DNA from: Spirochaetia bacterium
GTDB taxonomy: Bacteria > Spirochaetota > Spirochaetia > CAKZLE01
Direction of reading: 5' to 3'
NCBI GenBank assembly: GCA_963677595.1
Contig: OY782041.1
Span: 352,001 to 416,000 of the forward strand
DNA: 64,000 nt
Shown: positions 28,131 through 38,436 of the stretch, one piece after another
How positions within the stretch are numbered: the stretch's first letter is position 1
How the letters are laid out: every line of letters starts with the position of its first letter
Translations under genes and position numbers: made by a program
Notes under the pieces: generated by a model
Databases searched by the model: none
What the model saw: only the letters and a program-made list of their open reading frames with translations
Told to the model about the DNA's origin: nothing

Positions 28131-29477
28131 CTACTTATTCAATTTGCTGACAGCAACATTGCCGGCAGTATTCATGACATCCCAGGTCCGTGCGAACGGC
28201 GGTGCGTAGCAGAGGTCAGCCATGGCCAGGTCCTCGACGGTTGCCTTCTGCCCGATAGCCATCGCGATGGTATCTATACGCAGTACAGCCCCGTTCTTCC
28301 CGGCACTCTGCGCCGAGAGGATCTCACCGGTATCAGCGTTATAGGTGAGCTTCACCATGATATCTTCCTGCCCGGGGTAATAATCGGTCTGGTTCTTGTC
28401 GTTGATCGTGACCGATGCAATCTTCATCTCCAGGGCTTCCAGGTCTCTCGATGAGAGACCGGTACGACCGAGCTCAAGGTCGAAGACCTTGACGCAGGAC
28501 GAAGAGAGTGTGCCGGGATACTCCCGCGTTCCCCCGGCGATATGCTCCCCGATGATCCTGCCTACCTTGTTCGCCGTGGTAGCCAGGGGAACGAAGACCG
28601 CTTCCCCGGTGATCATATGGGGAACAGCAGCGCAGTCGCCTGCGGCATAGACTCCTTCCACACTGGTCCTTCCGAATCCGTCGGTGATGATCGCACCGTT
28701 CGGGAGCTTCTCGATTCCGGATCCTTCGGAGAACAGGGTATCGGGCCTCACCCCGACCGAGAGGATTACCAAGTCAGCAGGATAGGTACCCTGGTCAGTG
28801 ACGACCCCGGAAACCTTCCCCTCTTCCCCCTGGAAACTCATCACCCGCTCCCCAAGACTGCAGGAGACACCATGGGCCTCGAGCTCGGTGAGGATCAGGT
28901 CCGAGAACTCCCTGTCGACAGCCGGCTTCATGAGCTGGTCCTCCAGCTCGATGAGCCTCACTGATTTGCCCTGTTTTGTGAGGGCTTCAGCAAGCTCCAG
29001 CCCGATGAACCCCCCGCCCTCGATGACGGCATGCTCACCGACAGAGGAGAGGGCCTGCCTGATCGACTGGCCGTCGTGCAGGTTTCGCAGGGTGAATATA
29101 TTACTCAGATCCTTACCCGGGAAGGGCGGGATCACAGCCGAGGCACCGGTCGCGATGATCAGCTTATCGTAGGTATCAGGGAAGGACTCCCCCTCCCCGT
29201 TCGTGACGGTCAGGCTCCGGGCCTGTGTGTCTATCGAGGTGACCGTATGGTTGAGCCTCAGGTCGATGCCTGAGGCGATGAATGCCTCCGGGGTTCGTGC
29301 GACCATACGTTCGGTATCATCGAAGTATCCCGCTATATAGTACGGGAGGCCGCAGGAGCCGAAGGAGACAATCTCCCCCTGCTCATAGACAGTCACGATA
29401 CTACCCTTGAGCGCACGTTTCACCTTCGCTGCGGCACTCATCCCTGCAGCGTTGGCCCCGATGACTATAATATGCAT
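28131..29477 (-). CDS. CoA-disulfide reductase / NADH oxidase family flavoprotein
   Basis: GANAAGMSAA, SFGSCGLPY (redox Cys), IIATGA, GGGFIGLE, YAAGDCA and YAPPF. Confidence 0.92.
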   Translation of the reverse strand: MHIIVIGANAAGMSAAAKVKRALKGSIVTVYEQGEIVSFGSCGLPYYIAGYFDDTERMVARTPEAFIASGIDLRLNHTVTSIDTQARSLTVTNGEGESFPDTYDKLIIATGASAVIPPFPGKDLSNIFTLRNLHDGQSIRQALSSVGEHAVIEGGGFIGLELAEALTKQGKSVRLIELEDQLMKPAVDREFSDLILTELEAHGVSCSLGERVMSFQGEEGKVSGVVTDQGTYPADLVILSVGVRPDTLFSEGSGIEKLPNGAIITDGFGRTSVEGVYAAGDCAAVPHMITGEAVFVPLATTANKVGRIIGEHIAGGTREYPGTLSSSCVKVFDLELGRTGLSSRDLEALEMKIASVTINDKNQTDYYPGQEDIMVKLTYNADTGEILSAQSAGKNGAVLRIDTIAMAIGQKATVEDLAMADLCYAPPFARTWDVMNTAGNVAVSKLNK

Positions 29478-29497
29478 ATGATCCCCCTGAAAGAATT

Positions 29498-30055
29498 CTA
29501 GTGGTGAGGCACCACGAAGAAGATGACCTCTGAGACATTGGTATGGATGTTCCGTGCTGAATGGGGTTCGTCCGTCTTCATATTGAGCGAATCCCCCTTG
29601 TTCAGGATGAAGACCTCATCCCCGAGCCGTGCTTCCACCTTGCCCCTGCTCACGAACATGACCTGGCTCCCGAACCTCTTATAGGAGGAGGCATCATCGC
29701 CGGTCTGTGCTCCGACCTGGAGCTCGACCACCGCGACCTCCATGATCTTCGAGAGGACGCTGTTCGTGGCGAAGGAGATGGAGATCCCCTCGTTGAGCGA
29801 GGAGGCCATCCTCCGGTTCTCTTTCCTGATGACCGGGCTCTCATCCCTGCTCGAGACCTCCTCGAAGAGGCCCTGGATCGTCGTCCCGAGGGAGTCGGCG
29901 ATCTTCACCAGGGAAGAGAGGGAAGGAGAGACCTTCCCGTTCTCTATCTGCGAGATATAGCTGGAAGAGAGACCGGTGCGGTCAGCGAGTTCCCTGAGGC
30001 TGTAGCCGCAGGCTTCCCTGTTATGTTTTATGATCAATCCGATAGCTTCGTTCAA
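29498..30055 (-). CDS. XRE-family HTH regulator with cupin sensor domain
   Basis: SLRELADRTGLSSSYISQIENGKVSPSL, followed by a cupin (LNKGDSL...PHSARN). TTG start. Confidence 0.9.
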   Translation of the reverse strand: MNEAIGLIIKHNREACGYSLRELADRTGLSSSYISQIENGKVSPSLSSLVKIADSLGTTIQGLFEEVSSRDESPVIRKENRRMASSLNEGISISFATNSVLSKIMEVAVVELQVGAQTGDDASSYKRFGSQVMFVSRGKVEARLGDEVFILNKGDSLNMKTDEPHSARNIHTNVSEVIFFVVPHH

Positions 30056-30199
30056 TGGTGTTCTCCGTAATTACCTAGACAGCCTGCTGCTCCTTCGTCC
30101 TGTGCCGCATCACGAACCTGAAGCAGTAGAACCTATTCAATAATATACAATATAGATGTCATGCCTGTAAAGATTTGCGCCTCTCTAGGTGTTCTCTCA

Positions 30200-30562
30200 T
30201 CAAATTTGTGATAGAAAAATCTTCAATCCCTTGAACACTGTAGCCTTCTGCATACCGCCCCCGAAGACCGTCGCATCGGTCTTCGACCCGGCCATATGGA
30301 TATGGATGAACCATCCATCGTCGTCTACCCGGCAGATCTCCCCGCAGAATGAGAGGATCTCGAACGGTCCCGCTATATGGGTGTAGTTCACCTCCGGCGG
30401 GATGGTCGTGGTCGCGGCATTACCGACGGTCACGTCCACGACTGAGCCGAGGGCTCCCGTAACGACGGCTGTCTCCCAGCCGTTCTCTTCCATATACTCT
30501 TCCAGTTTCTCCTTGACCTGGTCCCCTTTCACGAGTTCCAGTATCTGTATACCTTTCGCCAT
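30200..30562 (-). CDS. PPC domain / DUF296 protein
   Basis: GALGSV, GPFEILSFCGEI, HIH and VFGG. Confidence 0.85.
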   Translation of the reverse strand: MAKGIQILELVKGDQVKEKLEEYMEENGWETAVVTGALGSVVDVTVGNAATTTIPPEVNYTHIAGPFEILSFCGEICRVDDDGWFIHIHMAGSKTDATVFGGGMQKATVFKGLKIFLSQI

Positions 30563-30574
30563 CTTACGTTATCC

Positions 30575-31771
30575 TTATCTTATGTATTCAACACTCATAT
30601 AATCCAGCACCATACCAACCATAGTTTTAACTCCTACGGCTAAGCTCTTCTCATCACTATAATACGTAGGTGAGTGCATGGAACCATAGTCTCCACCAGG
30701 AGTCCTGGTCCCTAGCCGGATGAATACTCCAGGCTTTTTCTCAACAATATAAGCAAAATCTTCCCCACCCATAGAAGGCCTTTCCATCATAATTACATTA
30801 TCATTCCCAAGAAGTCTGGTACCTACCCTTATCACCCGCGCGACCCACTCTTCTGAACTGATAAGCGGTGGAGGGCCAGTATGGATTGTAGGAGAAATCT
30901 CTGTCCTCGTCGTTCTAGAAACACCTTCACAAACCGCTTTTATGCGTTCGTGCATCATCTTGCGAGTATCAGGATTAATCGTCCTTACCGTACCTGTAAG
31001 CTCTAACTTATCGGGAATGATATTACTTGTTTTACCCGCATGAATTGTTCCAAAAGACACAACAGATGAATCAGTTGCTGATGTATCTCGAGAAACTAGT
31101 GTTTGCAGTGCCATGATAAGCTGTGCTGCTGCAGTAATCGGATCTCTGACAGTATCAGGATGTGCAGCATGACCCTGTTTGCCTTTAATAGTGATTTCTA
31201 ATTTATCAGGAGCGGCTAGGATCGGCCCCCTACGAATACCGATTGTCCCAGAGGGAATCTCCGGCGACACATGAAGTGCTGCTACACCATCGATCTCATT
31301 GAATGGTACATCTTTATCTTCCAGGAGTAGCTTGGCACCAGCTAATATTTCCTCTCCAGGCTGGAAAAAGCAGTAAAGTGTACCAGAGAAGGTATCTTTC
31401 AGTTTATCAATAATACGGACTACTGCTAAGAGTATCGAGGTATGCACATCATGCCCACAGGCATGCATAACCCCATCAACCTGAGAAGCATACGGTAACC
31501 CAGTAGCCTCAGTCACAGGTAATGCATCCATATCGCCCCGGAGAAGCATTGTCCCACCATCACCAGGTTTATTGCCTTTGATCGCAACAAGCAAACCAGT
31601 CTCTCCAATCTTACGGATTGCATTAACTGTAGTCTTACTAAGAATCTCATGTTCAATAAAACGCGATGTATTATATTCTTTCATGCTCAATTCAGGATTC
31701 TGATGCAAGTGTTTCCAGCAGGAAATAACCTCTGGTTCAATTTCGTCTATAAATTTTTCAATTTCTATCAT
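30575..31771 (-). CDS. M20D-family amidohydrolase
   Basis: HQNPELS, LRGDMDALP, MHACGHDVH, FQPGEE, GHAAHP, GGEDF and HSP. Confidence 0.95.
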   Translation of the reverse strand: MIEIEKFIDEIEPEVISCWKHLHQNPELSMKEYNTSRFIEHEILSKTTVNAIRKIGETGLLVAIKGNKPGDGGTMLLRGDMDALPVTEATGLPYASQVDGVMHACGHDVHTSILLAVVRIIDKLKDTFSGTLYCFFQPGEEILAGAKLLLEDKDVPFNEIDGVAALHVSPEIPSGTIGIRRGPILAAPDKLEITIKGKQGHAAHPDTVRDPITAAAQLIMALQTLVSRDTSATDSSVVSFGTIHAGKTSNIIPDKLELTGTVRTINPDTRKMMHERIKAVCEGVSRTTRTEISPTIHTGPPPLISSEEWVARVIRVGTRLLGNDNVIMMERPSMGGEDFAYIVEKKPGVFIRLGTRTPGGDYGSMHSPTYYSDEKSLAVGVKTMVGMVLDYMSVEYIR

Positions 31772-31917
31772 CTAAAAATATCCCTGAGAGTTTTTTGAAC
31801 TTGGATCAGATTTGTCTGATCCATTTTAAATAGCTCTAATATTTGGCTCTTATCGTAAATATAATTTCTGTGCAAAAAGCAAATATCATGAGTTTACGAA
31901 AAGAGCCATTTGGTATT

Positions 31918-33333
31918 TTATAATCCTGTCCATTGAATGGACTGAAGTATAGTAATGACAATAAAGCCTAATGCCAACTGAGAAACTAAGAGAGGCCAAA
32001 CCCATTTGAAGTATTTAGGATAAGCGACTTTAGCGAATCCAAGTCCGCCCATAAGAGTGCCAACTGTAGGTACGATAATATTGGTAAATCCATCACCGAA
32101 CTGGTAAGCCTGCACAGCAACCTGTCTTGTAATACCTGTGATATCTGCTAAAGGAACCATAATTGGCATTACTGATGTAGCTTGACCTGATCCTGATGAG
32201 ATGAACAAGTTTATGATGATGTTTGAAAGATACATCATGTTTGCCCCGAATACAGATCCAAATTGTTTGATTGGTATAGAAAGACCATAAACAATTGTGT
32301 CAAGGATTAACCCATCAGTCATTATTATTGTGATACCGCGTGCAAGTCCTACGATGAATGCAGCAAAAACCATTTTCTGGCAGCCCTGGATGAATTCTTT
32401 TGCTGTCCCATTAATCCCGAATCCATTGATCAGCCCCACAAATAATGAAAGCATTAAAAACACGGAAGTATATTGATTAGGTCCCCATTTCCAATTAAGA
32501 ACTCCGAATATAACAAAAGCAAAACTTACAAAGATCGCTATGAGGCTGACAGTCTGTTTCCAGTTCAGAGAATCTCCTCCATCCCTCTTCTCATCTTCAT
32601 CGGCAAGAGAGAAAACTTCTTCTTTTGTCATCCCGGTCTCGTAATTCAAGCTTTTTGTAAAATCCTTTTTAATGTTTCTTGCATACAGTAAAACAAACCC
32701 ATAGCAGAGAGCAAAATTTATAATATGTATAACAACTCTCACATTCATACCAGAAAACATAGGAATTTCTGCAATATTCTGAGCAATACCGATTGTTCCC
32801 GCATTTGCCCAACCAACATTAAAGCCAGAAAACATTCCGAAGAAGACAATTGCAAAACCAAGACCTTTATCGAACCCCATAGACTGTGAAAGAAGTATCC
32901 CGATAGGGATCAAAGCCAGTGTAGCATTACTTATGGCTCCAGTTGCCCCACCTAATGATAATGTTGCCATGACGATGAGTATAGCAATCCATTCTTTTCC
33001 CTGCACTTTTGATGCTAGATTTCTGAAACTAATCTCAATTGCACCACTAACTTGTAACATATGTATTGCTGCACCAGCAAAGAAGATCATAAAGATCAAA
33101 GATGCAGATTTACCAAATCCAATTGTGATAGCATAGAAGACAGCCCAAAGTCCTTGAGGATTCTGGTCAACATTTTTGTAAGAGTCAGCAACTACAACAC
33201 TTCTTCCACCTGCTTGAATTCGTTCGAATTGACCTGCAGGTATAATCCAAGTCAATAAAGCTGCTAACAATACCATCATGAATAGTATTACATACACATT
33301 TGGAATCCCAAATTTCTTCTTCTCCCCTTTCAT
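31918..33333 (-). CDS. YfcC-family (ArcD/C4-dicarboxylate anaerobic carrier-like) transporter
   Basis: LTWIIPAGQF, TIGIAQNIAEIPMFSG, ISSGSGQA, MPIMVPLAD and AYQFGDGFTN. Confidence 0.92.
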   Translation of the reverse strand: MKGEKKKFGIPNVYVILFMMVLLAALLTWIIPAGQFERIQAGGRSVVVADSYKNVDQNPQGLWAVFYAITIGFGKSASLIFMIFFAGAAIHMLQVSGAIEISFRNLASKVQGKEWIAILIVMATLSLGGATGAISNATLALIPIGILLSQSMGFDKGLGFAIVFFGMFSGFNVGWANAGTIGIAQNIAEIPMFSGMNVRVVIHIINFALCYGFVLLYARNIKKDFTKSLNYETGMTKEEVFSLADEDEKRDGGDSLNWKQTVSLIAIFVSFAFVIFGVLNWKWGPNQYTSVFLMLSLFVGLINGFGINGTAKEFIQGCQKMVFAAFIVGLARGITIIMTDGLILDTIVYGLSIPIKQFGSVFGANMMYLSNIIINLFISSGSGQATSVMPIMVPLADITGITRQVAVQAYQFGDGFTNIIVPTVGTLMGGLGFAKVAYPKYFKWVWPLLVSQLALGFIVITILQSIQWTGL

Positions 33334-33391
33334 ATTCCACTCCTCAAATTAATATAAAAGTCACAAATGGACTTAATTCGAACACAAATCC

Positions 33392-34303
33392 TTAAACGCC
33401 GTACTTCTTCCGGATCTCGAATTCATCGAGGACCGCATACAGCTCCTGGAGCTTCTTCCCGTGCAGTGACGGGTTCGGGCTCCGCAGGCTTCCACCGGGC
33501 AGACCCATGTAATCCAAAGCCGGCTTGATGACGATCGGGTTGGAGAACCAGTAGAGTGCTGAGGTCAGCGGGTAGTACTGGTAATAGAGCTCCCTCGACC
33601 TGTTCACCTGCTCGATCGAGTCCCAGGGGAGCGTCATCTCCGCCATCTCGTCGGGGATGATGTTACCCCCGATGTTCGCAGCCCCCTGACCGCCCAGGGC
33701 CATGGTCGGCAGCACGATGGAGTACTTGGGGAAGTCGCAGCAGAGGATGCTCAACTTGTCCCCTACCCGTCTCTTCACCTCCGCAAGCTGCTGGACACTC
33801 GGTACAGCCTCCTTGTCGGCGACGAAATGGGGAAACTCGTTCGCGAGCTTCTCGATCGTCTCGGGGTTGATATTCACCACGACCCGCGTCGGGTTGTTGT
33901 AGATACCAACGGGAATGTTGACTGACCCCATACAGGCCCTCAGGTACTCGTAGAGTGAACTCTGCGTCAGCAGCAGGTACGGCGGGGCGGTGAAGACCAG
34001 CCCGTCGGCACCTTCAGCCTCGGCATACTGCGCGAAGGCAACCGTCTGTTCGGTGGTCGGGAGCGAGGAACCGAAGAACACCGGGATCTTCCCCTTGGCA
34101 TACTTCGCCACATGAGAGACGATCTGCTTCCGCTCTTCGACGGTGAGGAGGGTGACCTCCCCTGCCGATCCCATGATCAGGATCATGGATGTCCCATGCG
34201 CTGTATGGAAATCGATCAGTGTATCGAATCCGCCGAGATCGACGGATCCATCCTCATTGAAGGGTGTAGGTATTGCGACCCAGGAACCTTGAGGCTTAAT
34301 CAT
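33392..34303 (-). CDS. DapA/NanA-family class I aldolase/lyase
   Basis: TPFNEDGSVD, GSAGE (GTTGE in true DapA), YNNP and the catalytic Lys in ADKEA. It is probably not the lysine-pathway DapA. Confidence 0.88.
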   Translation of the reverse strand: MIKPQGSWVAIPTPFNEDGSVDLGGFDTLIDFHTAHGTSMILIMGSAGEVTLLTVEERKQIVSHVAKYAKGKIPVFFGSSLPTTEQTVAFAQYAEAEGADGLVFTAPPYLLLTQSSLYEYLRACMGSVNIPVGIYNNPTRVVVNINPETIEKLANEFPHFVADKEAVPSVQQLAEVKRRVGDKLSILCCDFPKYSIVLPTMALGGQGAANIGGNIIPDEMAEMTLPWDSIEQVNRSRELYYQYYPLTSALYWFSNPIVIKPALDYMGLPGGSLRSPNPSLHGKKLQELYAVLDEFEIRKKYGV

Positions 34304-34662
34304 GACTTACAACTCCTTGTACTAAAGTTTTCATTACATCACACACTGGCGTATCTTTTTAGATATACCGTACATTATTTTGAAAATACTGGATGACTGA
34401 TTTACAGCAATCATACAGCACCAAACTCCAGCTGTAAAGTATTTATAAGCACTTGTTCACTAGATTTTTCTTACCAAGATGTCGGTACGCACGATTCATA
34501 TTTCTATTTATTACTTTATTTATAATGTTTTATATAATTTTCAAGCCTTGTTTGGCATCTGGGAAAATTTTCTACAAGACCAGTATATAACGAAAAAATA
34601 TACAAAAATGTAGTATTTCCCATCTAGCCAAACCGGGATTATCGTGTTACTCTCAAGCCGCT

Positions 34663-35961
34663 ATGAAAGAGAAAAATGAGAAATATGTATCCATACTCAG
34701 GCGTGAGCTGAAGACGGCGATGGGCTGTACCGAGCCGGCAGCCGCTGCTCTGGCGGGCTCCCTTGCCCGTGAGACGCTCGGGCGGACGCCTGAGCAGATC
34801 CAGGTCTTCGCGAGCCGCGACATGATCAAGAACGTCATGGGGGTGGGCATACCGAACAGCACCCATACCGGTCTTGAGGCAGCCGTCCTGCTGGGGGTCT
34901 TCTACGGGGAACCCGATAACGGGCTCAACATCCTGTCGAGCATCTCGGACAGCTCCCAGGAGGAACTCGCGCGGTTCAGGGAACAGGGAAAGATCCGGGT
35001 CCTCCTCGCCGAGGAGGTCCCCTCCGTCTATATCAGGGTCCTCATCAGCGAGGGAGCAGATTCCGCATCGGTGACGATCTCCGATGAACACGACCATGTC
35101 GTGGAGAAGGTGCGTAACGGCATCATCCTCTTCCATGCTGAGCCTGCAGCTGAGACAGCGGCAGAAGAGGCGGTCTTCCCGGATGACTGGAGTATCAACG
35201 GCATTGTCGATTTCGTGCAGCATGCCCCGGAAGAGGACCTGCTCTTCCTCCTCGATGTCGCAGAGACGAACCGGGCGATCGCCGAACACGCCCTGAAGAA
35301 CTCCTTCGGGCTGAACGTCGGAAGGATCATGTACGAGGACCTTGCCGGGGGTATCAATACCCGTGACGACGCATTCAAGTACGGTGCCGTACTCGCTTCC
35401 GCTGCTTCAGATGCGAGGATGGCAGGCTGTTCGCTGCCGGTCATCATCAACTCAGGCAGCGGAAACCAGGGGATCACGGCTACCCTGCCGCCCTACGTCT
35501 TCGGGACCTTCCTCGAAGCAGACCAGCAGACCCTCGTGCGGGCCATGGCGCTCAGCCACCTGGTCGCCATCTTCCTTGCCTACCATAAGGGTCGGCTCTC
35601 CGCCCTCTGCGGGGCATTCACCGCGGCGATCGGCACGAGCTGTGCCTATGTCTACCTGCTCGGCGGTGATGGGAAGCAGATCGAGAATGCGATCAATATC
35701 ATGGTGGCGAACCTGATGGGGATCCTCTGCGACGGGGCGAAAAAGACCTGTGCCCTGAAGATCTACTCCTGCGTCGACTCAGCGGCCATGAGTGCCAAAC
35801 TGGCGATCAACGACTGCTACGTCGGCAGTGAGTCGGGCATCCTCGGTAATGACTCCCTCACGACCATCACGAACGTGCAGAAGGTCAGCCATGAGGGGAT
35901 GGAGATGACCGACAAGACCATCCTCAACATCATGGTGAACAAGCAGGGACCTCAAGCATAA
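34663..35961 (+). CDS. L-cysteine desulfidase CyuA/YhaM-like (serine dehydratase alpha family)
   Basis: GCTEP, KNVMGVGIP, SDARMAG, NSGSGNQG, GRLSALCG and CDGAKKTCALK. Confidence 0.88.
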   Translation: MKEKNEKYVSILRRELKTAMGCTEPAAAALAGSLARETLGRTPEQIQVFASRDMIKNVMGVGIPNSTHTGLEAAVLLGVFYGEPDNGLNILSSISDSSQEELARFREQGKIRVLLAEEVPSVYIRVLISEGADSASVTISDEHDHVVEKVRNGIILFHAEPAAETAAEEAVFPDDWSINGIVDFVQHAPEEDLLFLLDVAETNRAIAEHALKNSFGLNVGRIMYEDLAGGINTRDDAFKYGAVLASAASDARMAGCSLPVIINSGSGNQGITATLPPYVFGTFLEADQQTLVRAMALSHLVAIFLAYHKGRLSALCGAFTAAIGTSCAYVYLLGGDGKQIENAINIMVANLMGILCDGAKKTCALKIYSCVDSAAMSAKLAINDCYVGSESGILGNDSLTTITNVQKVSHEGMEMTDKTILNIMVNKQGPQA

Positions 35962-35996
35962 TACGGCAGCCCGCCTGAACAGGCGGGTTGTCGTAT
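35961..35996. terminator. Long hairpin between convergent genes
   Basis: ATACGGCAGCCCGCCTG-AA-CAGGCGGGTTGTCGTAT. Confidence 0.65.
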
Positions 35997-36034
35997 GAAT
36001 ATATATATCCGGTGTTCAGTAGGTATCTTCGAGC

Positions 36035-36703
36035 CTACTCGTCAGCAGCAGTCTCCGGGTTATAGGCATTCCAAAGCGTCCAGTTCAGGGTAGCCCAGTT
36101 CTTGGCGACCCGCATGGCCTTCCTGTCGTTCCTGTCGCCCGAGATGCGGACGGAAGACTCCACCATCTTCCATCGGTCGTCGGTAGTCCCGCTCGCTCCG
36201 CCGACATACTTCGACTCAACGAAATACCTTCCGAACGTCTCGATGGACCTTGAGCCCAGGGATATGGTCACCTCCCTATCCAGGGGGAAATACTGCCTGA
36301 GGTCATAGGCATAGTTGCTGAATGGTCCGTAGGTGGGGATGATATCCTCCGGGAGTATGCTGTAATCGACATAGACATGCATGAAGCCCTTCAGAGTATA
36401 GGTCCCGGGACTCAGGTTCTCAGAATAGTAGAATGAGTCCACCCGTGATTCGGTATCGAACGGCTTGAACGGGATCTCATTACCGCGGTCATCGACAACC
36501 CAGGGGGCCCAGCCCGATACGTTCGTATTCCATAAGGCCTGGGTCTCAGAACCATTGTGGACTCCTGCTTCCACGATGAGCATCGACCCATCCCCTACCG
36601 GGGGGTCGACATTCGGCCAGAACGCCATGATAGAAAGGCATGAAGTGAGCAGCAATGGCAGAACCACTGCTGTACCAACCAGGAAACGTACACTTCTTCT
36701 CAT
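36035..36703 (-). CDS. Hypothetical lipoprotein
   Basis: ATG 36703 follows GGAGGA, with leader MRRSVRF...LLLTSC (lipobox). Confidence 0.75.
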   Translation of the reverse strand: MRRSVRFLVGTAVVLPLLLTSCLSIMAFWPNVDPPVGDGSMLIVEAGVHNGSETQALWNTNVSGWAPWVVDDRGNEIPFKPFDTESRVDSFYYSENLSPGTYTLKGFMHVYVDYSILPEDIIPTYGPFSNYAYDLRQYFPLDREVTISLGSRSIETFGRYFVESKYVGGASGTTDDRWKMVESSVRISGDRNDRKAMRVAKNWATLNWTLWNAYNPETAADE

Positions 36704-36927
36704 ATTGTCCTCCTCAGAACGTACTCTGTCACGAACCCACAACGCACATGGCCCGCAGCTATTCGAGAAAAAACCATCAATACCAGAAGGATCATCGGGT
36801 GACACAGTTCTAGCGCATTACCTGAAACCTTCCAGATAATGAGGGATTCACAGGGAACAGATACCTCGTGTCTCATTCGATTATATAATACCTGACCATT
36901 ACAGTAAAGGAATCTTATGATAGGAGA

Positions 36928-38436
36928 TTAGAACCCCTTCATCCCGGAGGTAGCATAGGCAAGGATCTCCTCCTTGCTCGCCTCCTCCCCACGAAGCTCC
37001 CCGGCTATGACGCCCCGTGCGAGAACGAGGATCCGGTCGCTCATCCCGATGATCTCCTCGATCTCGGAGGAGATCAGGATGATGGAGGCTCCCTTGCTGA
37101 CCAGGTCGTTCATGGCATTGTAGATGTCGATCTTGGAGGCGGCATCGATGCTGCGGGTCGGTTCATCCATGATATAGACGAGAGAGCGGTTGAGGAACCA
37201 GCGGGAGATCAGGACCTTCTGCTGGTTCCCTCCCGAATAGTGGTCGATATGATCGAAGTTCTGCCCGGGCTCGATCGTGAACTCATGGACATAGTCCTGG
37301 GTGACCGACTGCATGCTGTAGTCATCGAGGAAGCCAGAGTTCATGAACCGTATCAGGGATGCATTCGTGACGTTATGCACGAGGTCCTGGTGCATGAAGA
37401 TGCCGTTGTCGATACGGTTCTCCGGGATCAGAGAGATGCCGCTGCGCATCGCGTCGCTGGGGTTGCTGAAATCGACAGTCGCACCTTTGACCGACAGGCT
37501 CCCCCCGTCGGGCTTTACAAGCCCGAAGAGACAGTTCGCAAGCAGGGTCCTCCCAGAACCCATCAACCCGGTGATCCCGAGGATCTCTCCCCTCCTGAGC
37601 GAGAAGGAGACATCCGTGAGGACCGGCTGCTTCGCCAGCCTGTCGACTGAAAGGACCTCCTCTCCAAGCGGGACCCTGATGCGGGGATACCGCTCCTTCT
37701 GGACATCCCCGGTAAGCATGTGGACGAGCGAGCGCAGGTCGATATCGGAGCAGTCCTGTGTATCCCGTACCCTCCCCTTGCTCAACACCGAGATACGGTC
37801 CCCGACCTCCTTGATCTCATCGATCCTGTGAGAGATATAGAAGATCGCCTTCCCCTGGTCACGCAGCTGCCTGATGAGGGAGAAGAGGATCCCCCGCTCG
37901 AAGTCATTCATCGCCGAGGATGGTTCATCGAAGATCACGAGGTCAACATCGCTCACATAGCCCTGGATAGCAGCAAGCAGCTGCCGCTCGGCATAGCCGA
38001 GTCCAGCCACCTTCATCTCAGGATCCAGGTCGACATCCAGCTTCTCGAAGAGCCTGCGGCACTCAGAGAGGATCTTGTACCGGTTCAGGGTGAACCCCTG
38101 CTTCCCGACCTTCTCATAGACCCCGAAGAAGACGTTCTCCGCCACGGTGAAGTTGTCGAAGAGCTGCACGTCCTGGTTCATGTAGACGATACCGTGTTTC
38201 TTGGCCTCGAAGATCGAGCCATAGGAGACCGGCTCTCCCTTGTAGATGATGCTGCCGGTATCCGGCCCGAACCAGCCGCTGACGAGCTTCATGAGGGTCG
38301 ACTTCCCGGCCCCGTTCTCCCCGATCAGGACATGCACCTCGCCGGGGTAGAGATCAAGGTCTATCTCCTCGAGATGGAAGAGGTCGAACTGCTTGCAGAT
38401 CCCCCGCAGGGAAAGGATCGGTTCCCGGTTACTCAT
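36928..38436 (-). CDS. Sugar ABC ATP-binding protein (RbsA/MglA-type double domain) with no cognate permease in its operon
   Basis: [33 protein letters not shown] and ISSEIEE. Confidence 0.92.
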   Translation of the reverse strand: MSNREPILSLRGICKQFDLFHLEEIDLDLYPGEVHVLIGENGAGKSTLMKLVSGWFGPDTGSIIYKGEPVSYGSIFEAKKHGIVYMNQDVQLFDNFTVAENVFFGVYEKVGKQGFTLNRYKILSECRRLFEKLDVDLDPEMKVAGLGYAERQLLAAIQGYVSDVDLVIFDEPSSAMNDFERGILFSLIRQLRDQGKAIFYISHRIDEIKEVGDRISVLSKGRVRDTQDCSDIDLRSLVHMLTGDVQKERYPRIRVPLGEEVLSVDRLAKQPVLTDVSFSLRRGEILGITGLMGSGRTLLANCLFGLVKPDGGSLSVKGATVDFSNPSDAMRSGISLIPENRIDNGIFMHQDLVHNVTNASLIRFMNSGFLDDYSMQSVTQDYVHEFTIEPGQNFDHIDHYSGGNQQKVLISRWFLNRSLVYIMDEPTRSIDAASKIDIYNAMNDLVSKGASIILISSEIEEIIGMSDRILVLARGVIAGELRGEEASKEEILAYATSGMKGF

